The position numbers were made by a program, and so were the translations under genes. 24,532 nucleotides of DNA from a virus. Numbering within the stretch: the stretch's first letter is position 1; each line of letters starts with the position of its first letter. The stretch lies in IMG/VR virus record IMGVR_UViG_3300020154_000115. One strand, given 5' to 3'. Shown piece after piece: positions 1-7,357 of the stretch. The notes below the pieces were generated by a model. That model was not told the origin of the DNA. It ran no database searches and saw nothing but the letters and a program-made list of their open reading frames with translations.

Positions 1-1
1 G

Positions 2-133
2 CACGAACGGATTGATCGGATATTCAACCCTCGCCCCTGGCCACCACAAGGAGTTTCGGATTTTATGCTAAAAAAAGGATTCGAGGTGAAGAACGAACCG
101 AAATTCATTACAACAATAGATCCATTCGATTAA
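2..133 (+). CDS. 3' end of a hypothetical protein truncated by the window edge
   Basis: Open frame HERIDRIFNPRPWPPQG...TTIDPFD ending TAA at 131-133, 9 bp before the next ATG. Confidence 0.45.
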   Translation, partial: HERIDRIFNPRPWPPQGVSDFMLKKGFEVKNEPKFITTIDPFD

Positions 134-142
134 ATTACAACT

Positions 143-733
143 ATGAAACTATCAACAGGAAAGGACTTTAATCCCTTATTCGGCATTGTTGGATTGTCCG
201 ATGATTTAAGCGCAATCCATGAGGGAGCTGTTCAACCAATAACCCACATCGAAAAGCCGGAATACGCTGACGACGACTGGGCGCCAGATCTAACACTGGA
301 AGAAGCAATCGAGGTCACCGAGATTATGATATCAAGGTGGGTACAACTTAAACAAAAACTGATGGCGAGGGTCAGAACCGTCCGTTATGACGTCAATGGC
401 CAGGCCTTTATTTTAGATAAAGAAATGCTCGACAAAGCCGATGCGTTTGAAAAGAACCATCCACTCACAAAAGCCAGCGAGGCTGCTATTGAAGAATATA
501 AAACAAACCAATTTCGATACATCACCCCGCTCCCATTACTGAAAAAGGACAACGAGTTCAAACTTAATGAGGAAATGGCTTTAGATATGTTCATTGAGCG
601 CTACACCACAAAATCCCTGCACACCCTAAAGCTCGGAGTTAAGTATGCCGCAGTAAACCTCAAAGATCCATTCACCTTCTGGGAAAAAATGGATGAGTGG
701 ATTGAGTATTTTCCAAACACTACACCTGAATAA
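143..733 (+). CDS. hypothetical protein (196 aa)
   Basis: Long ORF with an AT-rich Bacteroidota-type start context; its stop overlaps the next start (TAATG). Confidence 0.75.
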   Translation: MKLSTGKDFNPLFGIVGLSDDLSAIHEGAVQPITHIEKPEYADDDWAPDLTLEEAIEVTEIMISRWVQLKQKLMARVRTVRYDVNGQAFILDKEMLDKADAFEKNHPLTKASEAAIEEYKTNQFRYITPLPLLKKDNEFKLNEEMALDMFIERYTTKSLHTLKLGVKYAAVNLKDPFTFWEKMDEWIEYFPNTTPE

Positions 734-1278
734 TGAGTCTTAATACCAATTTAACGCGGAAATTCCAAGGGCAACCCACTGGCCGGACTGACCGGGATGG
801 AAACATGATCTTTTTTGGAGATTTCGTAGAAATCCACACATCCTTCTGTATCGGAGGAAAAGCGATCGGATACAAATCAGGATGGGATCATGAAGTCAGA
901 GAAGTCCTATATCATGAAGATGCCAAATGCCCGACCCTATGGCTGAAGGCCCTCAATGGAATAACCGATCCGGAAGATTGGGAGAACTCGACCACAGGAT
1001 ATTTAATCCGGATTAGCCCCAATGAAACAGACCATCGCATCACCTGGCTGAAGGAAAATGGTTATTATGACGAAACCTGCGAATTTGAATGGCTTGCCCA
1101 AACCACGGCAAATCAAGATCCGGAGGATAACATTGAGATAGCCCTTTATACAGGCTTTAAATTTGACGCTGATTTGACTGAGGCTCTTAAAGGGATGAAT
1201 TCTGAATACACAGATCGACCAACAATAAAGGATTTCGATGATGTCATGAAAAAACTTAGTGATCTGGACAGAGACTAA
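733..1278 (+). CDS. YopX-like phage protein
   Basis: N-terminal GQPTGRTDRDGNMIFFGDFV resembles the YopX motif GQxTGxxDxNGxxIxEGDIV; translationally coupled to the upstream ORF. Confidence 0.65.
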   Translation: MSLNTNLTRKFQGQPTGRTDRDGNMIFFGDFVEIHTSFCIGGKAIGYKSGWDHEVREVLYHEDAKCPTLWLKALNGITDPEDWENSTTGYLIRISPNETDHRITWLKENGYYDETCEFEWLAQTTANQDPEDNIEIALYTGFKFDADLTEALKGMNSEYTDRPTIKDFDDVMKKLSDLDRD

Positions 1279-1281
1279 ACA

Positions 1282-1602
1282 ATGGGACTTAACATCATAG
1301 CATACCGGGTTACAGGGATAGGACCACTTGAGGCTCCTTTCGGAGGGGGAGGATGCCTTGAAACAGAAAGATACCCCAATTTCGACACGGGCCGTTACAC
1401 CGGAGACAGGGATTTCGCAATGGAGATTGACTGGATTCATCATCCTGCCGAACCCGAAGATAGGCATTACCGCCCTGAAGACTTTGAAGCAGCAAAACAA
1501 TGGGTCCGAGACAACATCTCTCCAGGAAACCAGGAGCGGTTACTCAACCTCCTCGACGCAATGGAGAAAGATCCAGACCTCCACGTTTATTTCTCCTGGT
1601 AA
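1282..1602 (+). CDS. hypothetical phage-type protein (106 aa)
   Basis: Starts 3 bp after the upstream stop; MGLNI...YFSW termini are typical of small phage proteins. Confidence 0.7.
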   Translation: MGLNIIAYRVTGIGPLEAPFGGGGCLETERYPNFDTGRYTGDRDFAMEIDWIHHPAEPEDRHYRPEDFEAAKQWVRDNISPGNQERLLNLLDAMEKDPDLHVYFSW

Positions 1603-1654
1603 AACCCTCGATTCTCTCGATTTTTCCCGGCAAAACACCGACATTTCATGAGAT

Positions 1655-2026
1655 ATGAAATACAAGCCCGGAACACGCATCAAACTCCTCTTCACAGGCC
1701 ATCCAGGCACCATACAAGACATTACTTTTGATGGCATCTCAGGTCACCGGTACCGCGTTCGGTTCGATGACGGCTACGAAATGCGCGTAAAAGAAGAAGA
1801 TTGTGCCGCCTTCAACAATCCAATACACGCGTATATCGATAAACTAAAAGCAGAAATGCTCCAGGGTGGATTCAAATACCTCATCCTCGGCATAAATGAA
1901 GAAGGATTACTCCGAAGTGTCATGTTCGCCTCTCCACGTCAATACGAAGCCGCCAAAGCATCCATTCCAGGAGTCATATGGAAACACTATTGGGAATTAA
2001 AGGGCGATCAAAAACCGCGAAAATGA
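1655..2026 (+). CDS. hypothetical protein with an SH3/KOW-like N-terminal beta domain
   Basis: MKYKPGTRIKL...GTIQDI...YRVRFDDG pattern; flanked by the 18-bp direct repeat. Confidence 0.65.
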   Translation: MKYKPGTRIKLLFTGHPGTIQDITFDGISGHRYRVRFDDGYEMRVKEEDCAAFNNPIHAYIDKLKAEMLQGGFKYLILGINEEGLLRSVMFASPRQYEAAKASIPGVIWKHYWELKGDQKPRK

Positions 2027-2464
2027 AGAGTTTTCCCGGCAAAACACCAACGGCCTTGATGGCCTTGTAGAAAGTTATCGACGAGCCAACGCTGCCACTA
2101 TCTGATATTATAGTACCCCGTGTTCATTCGTTTGGGGATCGAAAATCTGCACCCCACGGGGTCCAAAATCGCCAAAAGGGCATCCGGGACTCCTAAACCC
2201 GTATTGTGAACGCGTTAAACCGCTTAAAAAGGTGGGATATTAGTGATAGGAATATCCCACGCTTCCAGGATCAAGGGCAAATGCGCTATTGATAAGGGGA
2301 AAATGGGTAAATCTCCTTTAAAATATGCACATGTATGTTCCTTTGTGGGCTATATGGGCGCTCCGTTTGCGATTTTGGGGCGCTCCACGAATCTAAGCCT
2401 AACTACGGGGCGTAGATGATAGGTCTATATTAAGACAAGGCCACCAAGGCGTTTTAAACGCGCT

Positions 2465-2800
2465 CTAAGCGCTCTTATTCTTACCCATTACTTTGGTGTC
2501 CTGGATTGCTTCCGCTCTATCCTTAGCCTCCTGAAGTATTACCTTACTTAGTTCTATGCGTTTTAGATCTTCCCGGCCTTTCTTGATGGTGAGAGCTTGC
2601 GCGGTGTTGTTCCGTTGCTTTACGAAATAGGTTGGCCCTGGTAATTCTAATACGTCGATGTCCGTGGAGCCTGGTTTCTTGATCTCTCGCTTTATGAGTT
2701 GGTAAATGTTATTCCGGTTAGCTCCTATCTCCCCGCTTTTCTTCTTGTAGATCTTCGCTAATTCTCCCGGTGAAATATATTCGACAATAATAGAATGCAT
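2465..2800 (-). CDS. putative small DNA-binding (HTH, excisionase/regulator-like) protein
   Basis: YISPGELAKI...NRNNIYQLIKR resembles a winged/MerR-like HTH; divergent from the main rightward promoter. Confidence 0.55.
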   Translation of the reverse strand: MHSIIVEYISPGELAKIYKKKSGEIGANRNNIYQLIKREIKKPGSTDIDVLELPGPTYFVKQRNNTAQALTIKKGREDLKRIELSKVILQEAKDRAEAIQDTKVMGKNKSA

Positions 2801-2883
2801 TTATAAAGGTGTTTTCCCGGTAAATATCGAGAGAATCCACGAAAATAAATATACGCTTGTACATAAAATAATTGTCGAAAACT

Positions 2884-2913
2884 TTTGACAGAATAAAATT
2901 TACTATACATTTG
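2884..2913 (+). promoter_or_regulatory. Bacteroidota housekeeping-sigma promoter for the rightward gene run
   Basis: TTTG (2884-2887), 18-bp spacer, TACATTTG (2906-2913) matching the -33/-7 TAnnTTTG consensus. Confidence 0.7.
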
Positions 2914-2930
2914 TATAGTCCAACGATAAC

Positions 2931-2958
2931 AAGGCGCTCGCCTTTCTGTTCTTTAACA
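2931..2958 (+). promoter_or_regulatory. hairpin plus boxA-like antitermination site
   Basis: AAGGC-GCTC-GCCTT hairpin followed by TGTTCTTTAACA, 11/12 identical to E. coli rrn boxA TGCTCTTTAACA, just downstream of the promoter. Confidence 0.6.
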
Positions 2959-3219
2959 TGCTGAATATCAACGATTTGTTAACACCTTAAAAGGGGCTTT
3001 CCGGCTATCGCGGCCACACTCTGAAAGAACAAATTAAATTCCCGTTGAGACTTTTAAATAAGTATAAGAAACCAAAGGAATAGAACGTAACTAATTGATT
3101 AATATGGAATTAGGGCGTGGAAATCGTGCGGTTTCGACTATCCATCGTTATAACTCACTATTCGTGAAATGTGGGTGGGATTGTCGAAACGTTTCTAAAA
3201 TAATCAATCAATTAAAATT

Positions 3220-3462
3220 ATGGGAACAATCGTAACAACAATCAAAACAAAAGCTACCCTGGAAATTAAGGACTTCCAGATAGCACGTGCCATTATCGCT
3301 AAGGCCGTAAAGGCAGGAAAGACGGATGAAACAAGCGCTTTAAAAGCGGATTTGTATTTACAAAGGGAAATCAACCTCCACAAACTCGCTCAGAACTTTA
3401 AAGAGTTTGGCCAGGTGAAGGGCTCTATTGATTCGATCAAAAATGAAATACGCTACTTCTAA
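3220..3462 (+). CDS. hypothetical protein (80 aa)
   Basis: A-rich start context (AATTAAAATTATG); first ORF after the long leader. Confidence 0.7.
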   Translation: MGTIVTTIKTKATLEIKDFQIARAIIAKAVKAGKTDETSALKADLYLQREINLHKLAQNFKEFGQVKGSIDSIKNEIRYF

Positions 3463-3473
3463 CACTTCAGGCC

Positions 3474-3749
3474 ATGAGAGACAATCTATTCATTATTGAA
3501 ATATGCCTTTATACAGGCTTGGCACTTGTTATCCTTTCCATTCTTTGGTCAGTGGTTAAATACATTCTCTCTAATAGAAAGGAAAGGCAGTTTAAACCGA
3601 GAACGCGAGGGGAGCGCATGACGGTAAACGGTTATCTTATCCGCTTTAATGAGCATTGGAAGGAATTCCAGGTATCACACCCGGAAATCGGACCGTGTGA
3701 GGAGTTCAACTCCAAAGAGGAGGCAATAGACCACGCAAAACGCGGGTAA
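3474..3749 (+). CDS. small membrane-anchored hypothetical protein
   Basis: N-terminal hydrophobic helix followed by a basic stretch; ends just before a terminator. Confidence 0.65.
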   Translation: MRDNLFIIEICLYTGLALVILSILWSVVKYILSNRKERQFKPRTRGERMTVNGYLIRFNEHWKEFQVSHPEIGPCEEFNSKEEAIDHAKRG

Positions 3750-3755
3750 CTCATT

Positions 3756-3784
3756 AGGGCCGGGACATTCTCCCGGCTTTTTTT
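3756..3784 (+). terminator. intrinsic terminator
   Basis: GCCGGGA-CATTC-TCCCGGC followed by T7. Confidence 0.8.
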
Positions 3785-3802
3785 ATTCATTAAATTAATC
3801 CT

Positions 3803-3970
3803 ATGGCAAAGATTAAACTCAACAAACTACAATTGGCGCAATTACGCGAAAGTATCACCACAGGCTCAACGGTAAAATTGAACAAGCCAGCAAAGAGCCA
3901 GAATAAAGGATGGACAGATACGGCCTTATTCAGTGGCTTATACATGGATAAGCAAACTAAATTATTCTAA
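3803..3970 (+). CDS. 55-aa protein missing from the ORF track, with C-terminal QTKLF
   Basis: Translates to MAKIKLNKLQLAQLRESITTGSTVKLNKPAKSQNKGWTDTALFSGLYMDKQTKLF*; exactly fills the gap between two terminators and has a good start context. Confidence 0.7.
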   Translation: MAKIKLNKLQLAQLRESITTGSTVKLNKPAKSQNKGWTDTALFSGLYMDKQTKLF

Positions 3971-3998
3971 GCCGGGGATTAATCAACCCAGCTTTTTT
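3969..3998 (+). terminator. imperfect intrinsic terminator
   Basis: AAGCCGGG...CCCAGCTT stem with one mismatch, followed by a T-run. Confidence 0.6.
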
Positions 3999-4021
3999 CA
4001 TTCACATTAAATATATCAACT

Positions 4022-4249
4022 ATGGATTTCTTCTCTAAGCCGTTCATAAACAGCAAGGAAAGGTTTGACGACTTTAACGTTTATCAAATGTTATGCGATC
4101 ATCTTTCGATACATCAAAGTAAAAGAAAGGCCCTTTTTGGAGTTGATGACTTTTACAAACACGCATTAGATCTCCTTACGCGAGAAGAAAACCTAGACAA
4201 GGTTGAGCAGGTCAAAAATACCTGCCTATTCACTCGATTTATTTCCTAA
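4022..4249 (+). CDS. hypothetical protein (75 aa)
   Basis: ORF with the same AT-rich start context as its neighbours. Confidence 0.6.
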   Translation: MDFFSKPFINSKERFDDFNVYQMLCDHLSIHQSKRKALFGVDDFYKHALDLLTREENLDKVEQVKNTCLFTRFIS

Positions 4250-4266
4250 CAAATCAATCAAATCAC

Positions 4267-5736
4267 ATGGAAACAACATTTAAGCACACCGAAACGACAA
4301 GAATTATAAACTCCTTTCACGGATGGATGGGAGAAACCACTTTAAAAGTCAATGGCCAGGCATGGGTAATTACCACAATGAAACGCCATTCAGGTATTAT
4401 CCTAAGCAACGCCCAGCCGGTAAACGATGAGGGTAAAGGCTCTTATTCGTTTGTGATGTTCCAGGATAAAAGTATTGCGCTAATCCAGGAACGCGGGAAG
4501 GCCACAGAAGCGAAGATTAAAGATCTTCATTACAAAGCCCTGGCAATATTCGACGAGAAAAGCGAGGCCGGAGAGTTACCGAATAGAACGGAAGATTATA
4601 AAATTGAGGTTGGACAGGTTGTTTTCTTAAATGGCTACGGCCAGGATGAACACAGCCACGAGCGCAAAGCGGTCTATCAGATTGATGAAAAGATGGCTTA
4701 TTGTGTTAACCTTGAAACTCTCGCTTTAACCAGGCATGAATTGTACACAATCCGGGATATTAACGATAAGTTCGGTATTGGCATTTATTACAAGCAAGGC
4801 GATACGGTAGACCAAGAGATATTAACCAACGCGGTAATTGAAGCCAAAGAGAAGGAGAAACGCGAGGCAGAGCGGGAAGCGAGTGAAAAGCTTTTAGTAA
4901 ACGCGGAACGTCAGGCAAAAATTGAGATAGGAGCCGAGAGATTAAAAGCCATTCCAGCCGGGGCCGTCTCGGTGATCGTAGCGGAGTTAAGGCAAAATGA
5001 AAGCGACCCTATGACGGACTATTACGGTAGTTCCATATTAAAAACGGTTTATCTGGCTTTCAGCACTCATAAGCGTGATTTATTCGCGGAGATGAGAAAA
5101 GCCGCGGTAAACTTTGAGGAAACCAAACACTTAGGGCCAGGTAAGGGAATCTTTAAACCTTACGTTCTGATTGGTGAGGAGTTTAAATGCAATGGGTCGT
5201 ATTATCGCAAGGGTGAGGGCTCAAGCTGGCATAATAACGGAGAACGCCCGGTATTCCACACAAAAACCGATGCGCAACAATACATCCAGGAGCAACCAGA
5301 ATTAAACAGTATTAGTTTTGATGGCGTTACCGTTCCTTTCACCTGGACAATCAGAGAAACCGAGATTGAACACCGGGAAAAGTACAGCATGGGCGAAGGT
5401 TATTATTTGGGCGAGTCTTCCCGGTCTGGATGGATAATTCAAAAGCGGAACATTGGAGAAAGGACTTTAGAAGCTTTACAAATCGCCATTGCCGAAGATC
5501 GGTATTTTATCCCAGGTGAAAACGGAACGCGGGAGGTATTAGAGAATGTGGAGGGAGTTAAGGCGGTTCAATACTCTGATAAAAGTATTGTCCTTTATGG
5601 TAATACCTATCCGATTAAAGACGAGATCAAAGCCAATGGCGGAAGGTTCAACAAGTTTCTGAAGATAAACGGGGAGACCGTCCAGGGTTGGGTGTTCCAG
5701 GCTTCCAGCGAATACGCGAAAAAGTATATGATTTGA
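4267..5736 (+). CDS. multidomain mobile-element protein (Bacteroidota 'fusion protein'/polyvalent-protein-like)
   Basis: Motifs VIVAELRQNESDPMTDYYG, LAFSTHKRDLFAEMRKAA, EHREKYSMGEGYYLG and C-terminal YSDKSIVLYGNT..IKDEIK..GGRFN..GWVF, recalled from Bacteroidota mobile-element proteins. Confidence 0.7.
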   Translation: METTFKHTETTRIINSFHGWMGETTLKVNGQAWVITTMKRHSGIILSNAQPVNDEGKGSYSFVMFQDKSIALIQERGKATEAKIKDLHYKALAIFDEKSEAGELPNRTEDYKIEVGQVVFLNGYGQDEHSHERKAVYQIDEKMAYCVNLETLALTRHELYTIRDINDKFGIGIYYKQGDTVDQEILTNAVIEAKEKEKREAEREASEKLLVNAERQAKIEIGAERLKAIPAGAVSVIVAELRQNESDPMTDYYGSSILKTVYLAFSTHKRDLFAEMRKAAVNFEETKHLGPGKGIFKPYVLIGEEFKCNGSYYRKGEGSSWHNNGERPVFHTKTDAQQYIQEQPELNSISFDGVTVPFTWTIRETEIEHREKYSMGEGYYLGESSRSGWIIQKRNIGERTLEALQIAIAEDRYFIPGENGTREVLENVEGVKAVQYSDKSIVLYGNTYPIKDEIKANGGRFNKFLKINGETVQGWVFQASSEYAKKYMI

Positions 5737-5811
5737 TTGATTTATATAGTTTAAGGGGCAAGTATTATCTTGCCCCTCCCTATTAAGAAAGAAATTAAAC
5801 GAGAGAAATTA

Positions 5812-6192
5812 ATGAAACTTGAGCAATTAAAGACATTCGAAGACGCGTGCGAACTGCTGAATCTTGATCACGGACACTCTGATTTCGGTCTGTTTCCTGA
5901 ACACAAACGCGAAACTATAAAAGCAATGTTGATGCTGTTTATAATCATACGTGCTGCCAACCAGATCGCTAACAACGGTAAAGAGTGGCTACCCGATTTA
6001 AGTAATGATAACGAATACAAGTGTTATCCATTGTTCGAAATTAACGGTTCTTCCTTTCAGCACATTGGCTTCGATGTTTGGCGTACTAATTCGGATATTA
6101 GCTATCGACATTGCTTTATCTCCGATGAAGTGGGAGAATACATAGTCACCAAGTTTATAGATCTGTATAAAAAAATGTTAGCAAAATCTTAA
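5812..6192 (+). CDS. Bacteroidota phage-type hypothetical protein (KTFEDAC family)
   Basis: KTFEDAC...IIRAAN...WLPDLSNDNEYKCYPLF pattern. Start moved to ATG 5812 because the TTG at 5770 lies inside hairpin 5754-5777. Confidence 0.7.
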   Translation: MKLEQLKTFEDACELLNLDHGHSDFGLFPEHKRETIKAMLMLFIIIRAANQIANNGKEWLPDLSNDNEYKCYPLFEINGSSFQHIGFDVWRTNSDISYRHCFISDEVGEYIVTKFIDLYKKMLAKS

Positions 6193-6221
6193 ACCAAATG
6201 GGGCTATTAGGATAGAAATAG

Positions 6222-6248
6222 AGGCTCGGAGAAATCCGGGCCTTTTTT
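6222..6248 (+). terminator. intrinsic terminator
   Basis: AGGCTCGGA-GAAA-TCCGGGCCT followed by a T-run. Confidence 0.8.
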
Positions 6249-6355
6249 GTTTAAAGTAGAGGGGTTCGTGTACCGTAACTGAAGCGGCACCCCCGAAAGA
6301 TCTTTACAGGAGTTGAGGGACTCCATTTTTTTCAACAAACCAAAATCCACACTTT

Positions 6356-6667
6356 ATGGAACAACCAGTTATTTTGGGCGTAATCGCCCGTGAAGGAAAC
6401 CTAGTTACCGGGTTTACCCTGCCGGTAGACAACAAAAAGAACGCGGTGCAGGGCTACAATAATGATGTATTTGGGGAATGTGACCCGAACACGCCAATAG
6501 TAGATTGGAGACTGGCCAGGCCCCACGCGGTGCAGACATTCGCAAGCAAGTACGCGCAGGCTATTGAGATCGATCCGGAGAATGGGACTTTGTCCCTGGC
6601 CGAGTATCTCCAGATGGCAGAGCTCCACGGGGCAAACGTTTACACGGTTAAGGACTTAAACCAGTAA
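6356..6667 (+). CDS. hypothetical protein (103 aa)
   Basis: ORF in the operon direction, 4 bp from the next gene. Confidence 0.7.
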   Translation: MEQPVILGVIAREGNLVTGFTLPVDNKKNAVQGYNNDVFGECDPNTPIVDWRLARPHAVQTFASKYAQAIEIDPENGTLSLAEYLQMAELHGANVYTVKDLNQ

Positions 6668-6671
6668 AGCC

Positions 6672-7049
6672 ATGTCAACACAACTTATGGTATTTATGGC
6701 TATGGTGATCCTAATGATTATCATTGTCTACGTGTTTTCGAAGTGGTTTCATTGGAACGCGACGAAAGATCTTTACTTAACTGAAGCGGAGCGATCACTT
6801 TTCACACGTGGTTACGTTTTCGTTAATTTATGGAACCTTGAGAATCTGCAGGAGTACGCAAATGAGATAGGAGTTTATTTTACGCGAGAGGATTACGCAA
6901 AAATCATCAAGATGATAAAAGACGACTTCACACCTGAAAACGGTATAAGTAAAGGGCTAATCGTAACATATATGCATATTTACAGATTAGAGAAAGCCAG
7001 AGAGAGTGAGCAACCTCCCCAGCAGATATGGGGAGAGTTTCAAATCTAA
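6672..7049 (+). CDS. membrane-anchored hypothetical protein
   Basis: Strongly hydrophobic N-terminal helix, soluble C-terminal part. Confidence 0.7.
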   Translation: MSTQLMVFMAMVILMIIIVYVFSKWFHWNATKDLYLTEAERSLFTRGYVFVNLWNLENLQEYANEIGVYFTREDYAKIIKMIKDDFTPENGISKGLIVTYMHIYRLEKARESEQPPQQIWGEFQI

Positions 7050-7073
7050 GTACGTCAGGTTAACCACTGATCC

Positions 7074-7107
7074 AAACCCCGGGAATGCCCATCCACCGGG
7101 GTTTTTT
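7074..7107 (+). terminator. intrinsic terminator
   Basis: AAACCCCGG...CCGGGGTTT stem with a T-run. Confidence 0.7.
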
Positions 7108-7142
7108 CTTGCCTTTTAAAGAACAACAACAATCCTATAAAA

Positions 7143-7331
7143 ATGTCGCAAAGCAAAGCAGTTATTAAAGTGCTTGGGGGAAGCCTCCAGGCAGTTTACG
7201 TAACCCCTGATCTATTAGGGGTGAAATTCATCTTACTTAATTACGATGATATCGACGGGCACCCTTTTGAGGGAGAGGAGGCCCAGGCTGAACAGGAGAT
7301 CGAGAATAAGGAACTCACTTTAGTTCAGTAG
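7143..7331 (+). CDS. small acidic phage-type hypothetical protein
   Basis: VIKVLGGSLQAVY...ILLNYD pattern; A-rich start context. Confidence 0.6.
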   Translation: MSQSKAVIKVLGGSLQAVYVTPDLLGVKFILLNYDDIDGHPFEGEEAQAEQEIENKELTLVQ

Positions 7332-7357
7332 GTCTTTTTTGGCTTTAATCTAAAATA

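Larger units (their letters stand above)
1591..2825. repeat. Five copies of an imperfect 14-bp palindrome TTYTCCYGGYRAAW (1591-1604, 1622-1635, 2031-2044, 2762-2775, 2812-2825)
   Basis: Read directly. 1622-1639 and 2031-2048 are an exact 18-bp direct repeat (TTTTCCCGGCAAAACACC). 1610-1639 and 2808-2837 are 27/30 identical in inverted orientation. Confidence 0.85.

Noticed and set aside
1591-2825. Repeats as a CRISPR array
   Set aside because: Irregular spacing of 30-730 bp, genes between copies, and no cas genes
5770-5811. TTG start of the 140-aa ORF
   Set aside because: Lies within hairpin 5754-5777; ATG 5812 gives the family-typical N-terminus
6273-6310. Hammerhead-like core CTGAAG..GG/CC..GAAA..AGATCT
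   Set aside because: A9 of CUGANGA is C, stem II is only 2 bp, and stem I does not pair in register with an unpaired cleavage nucleotide
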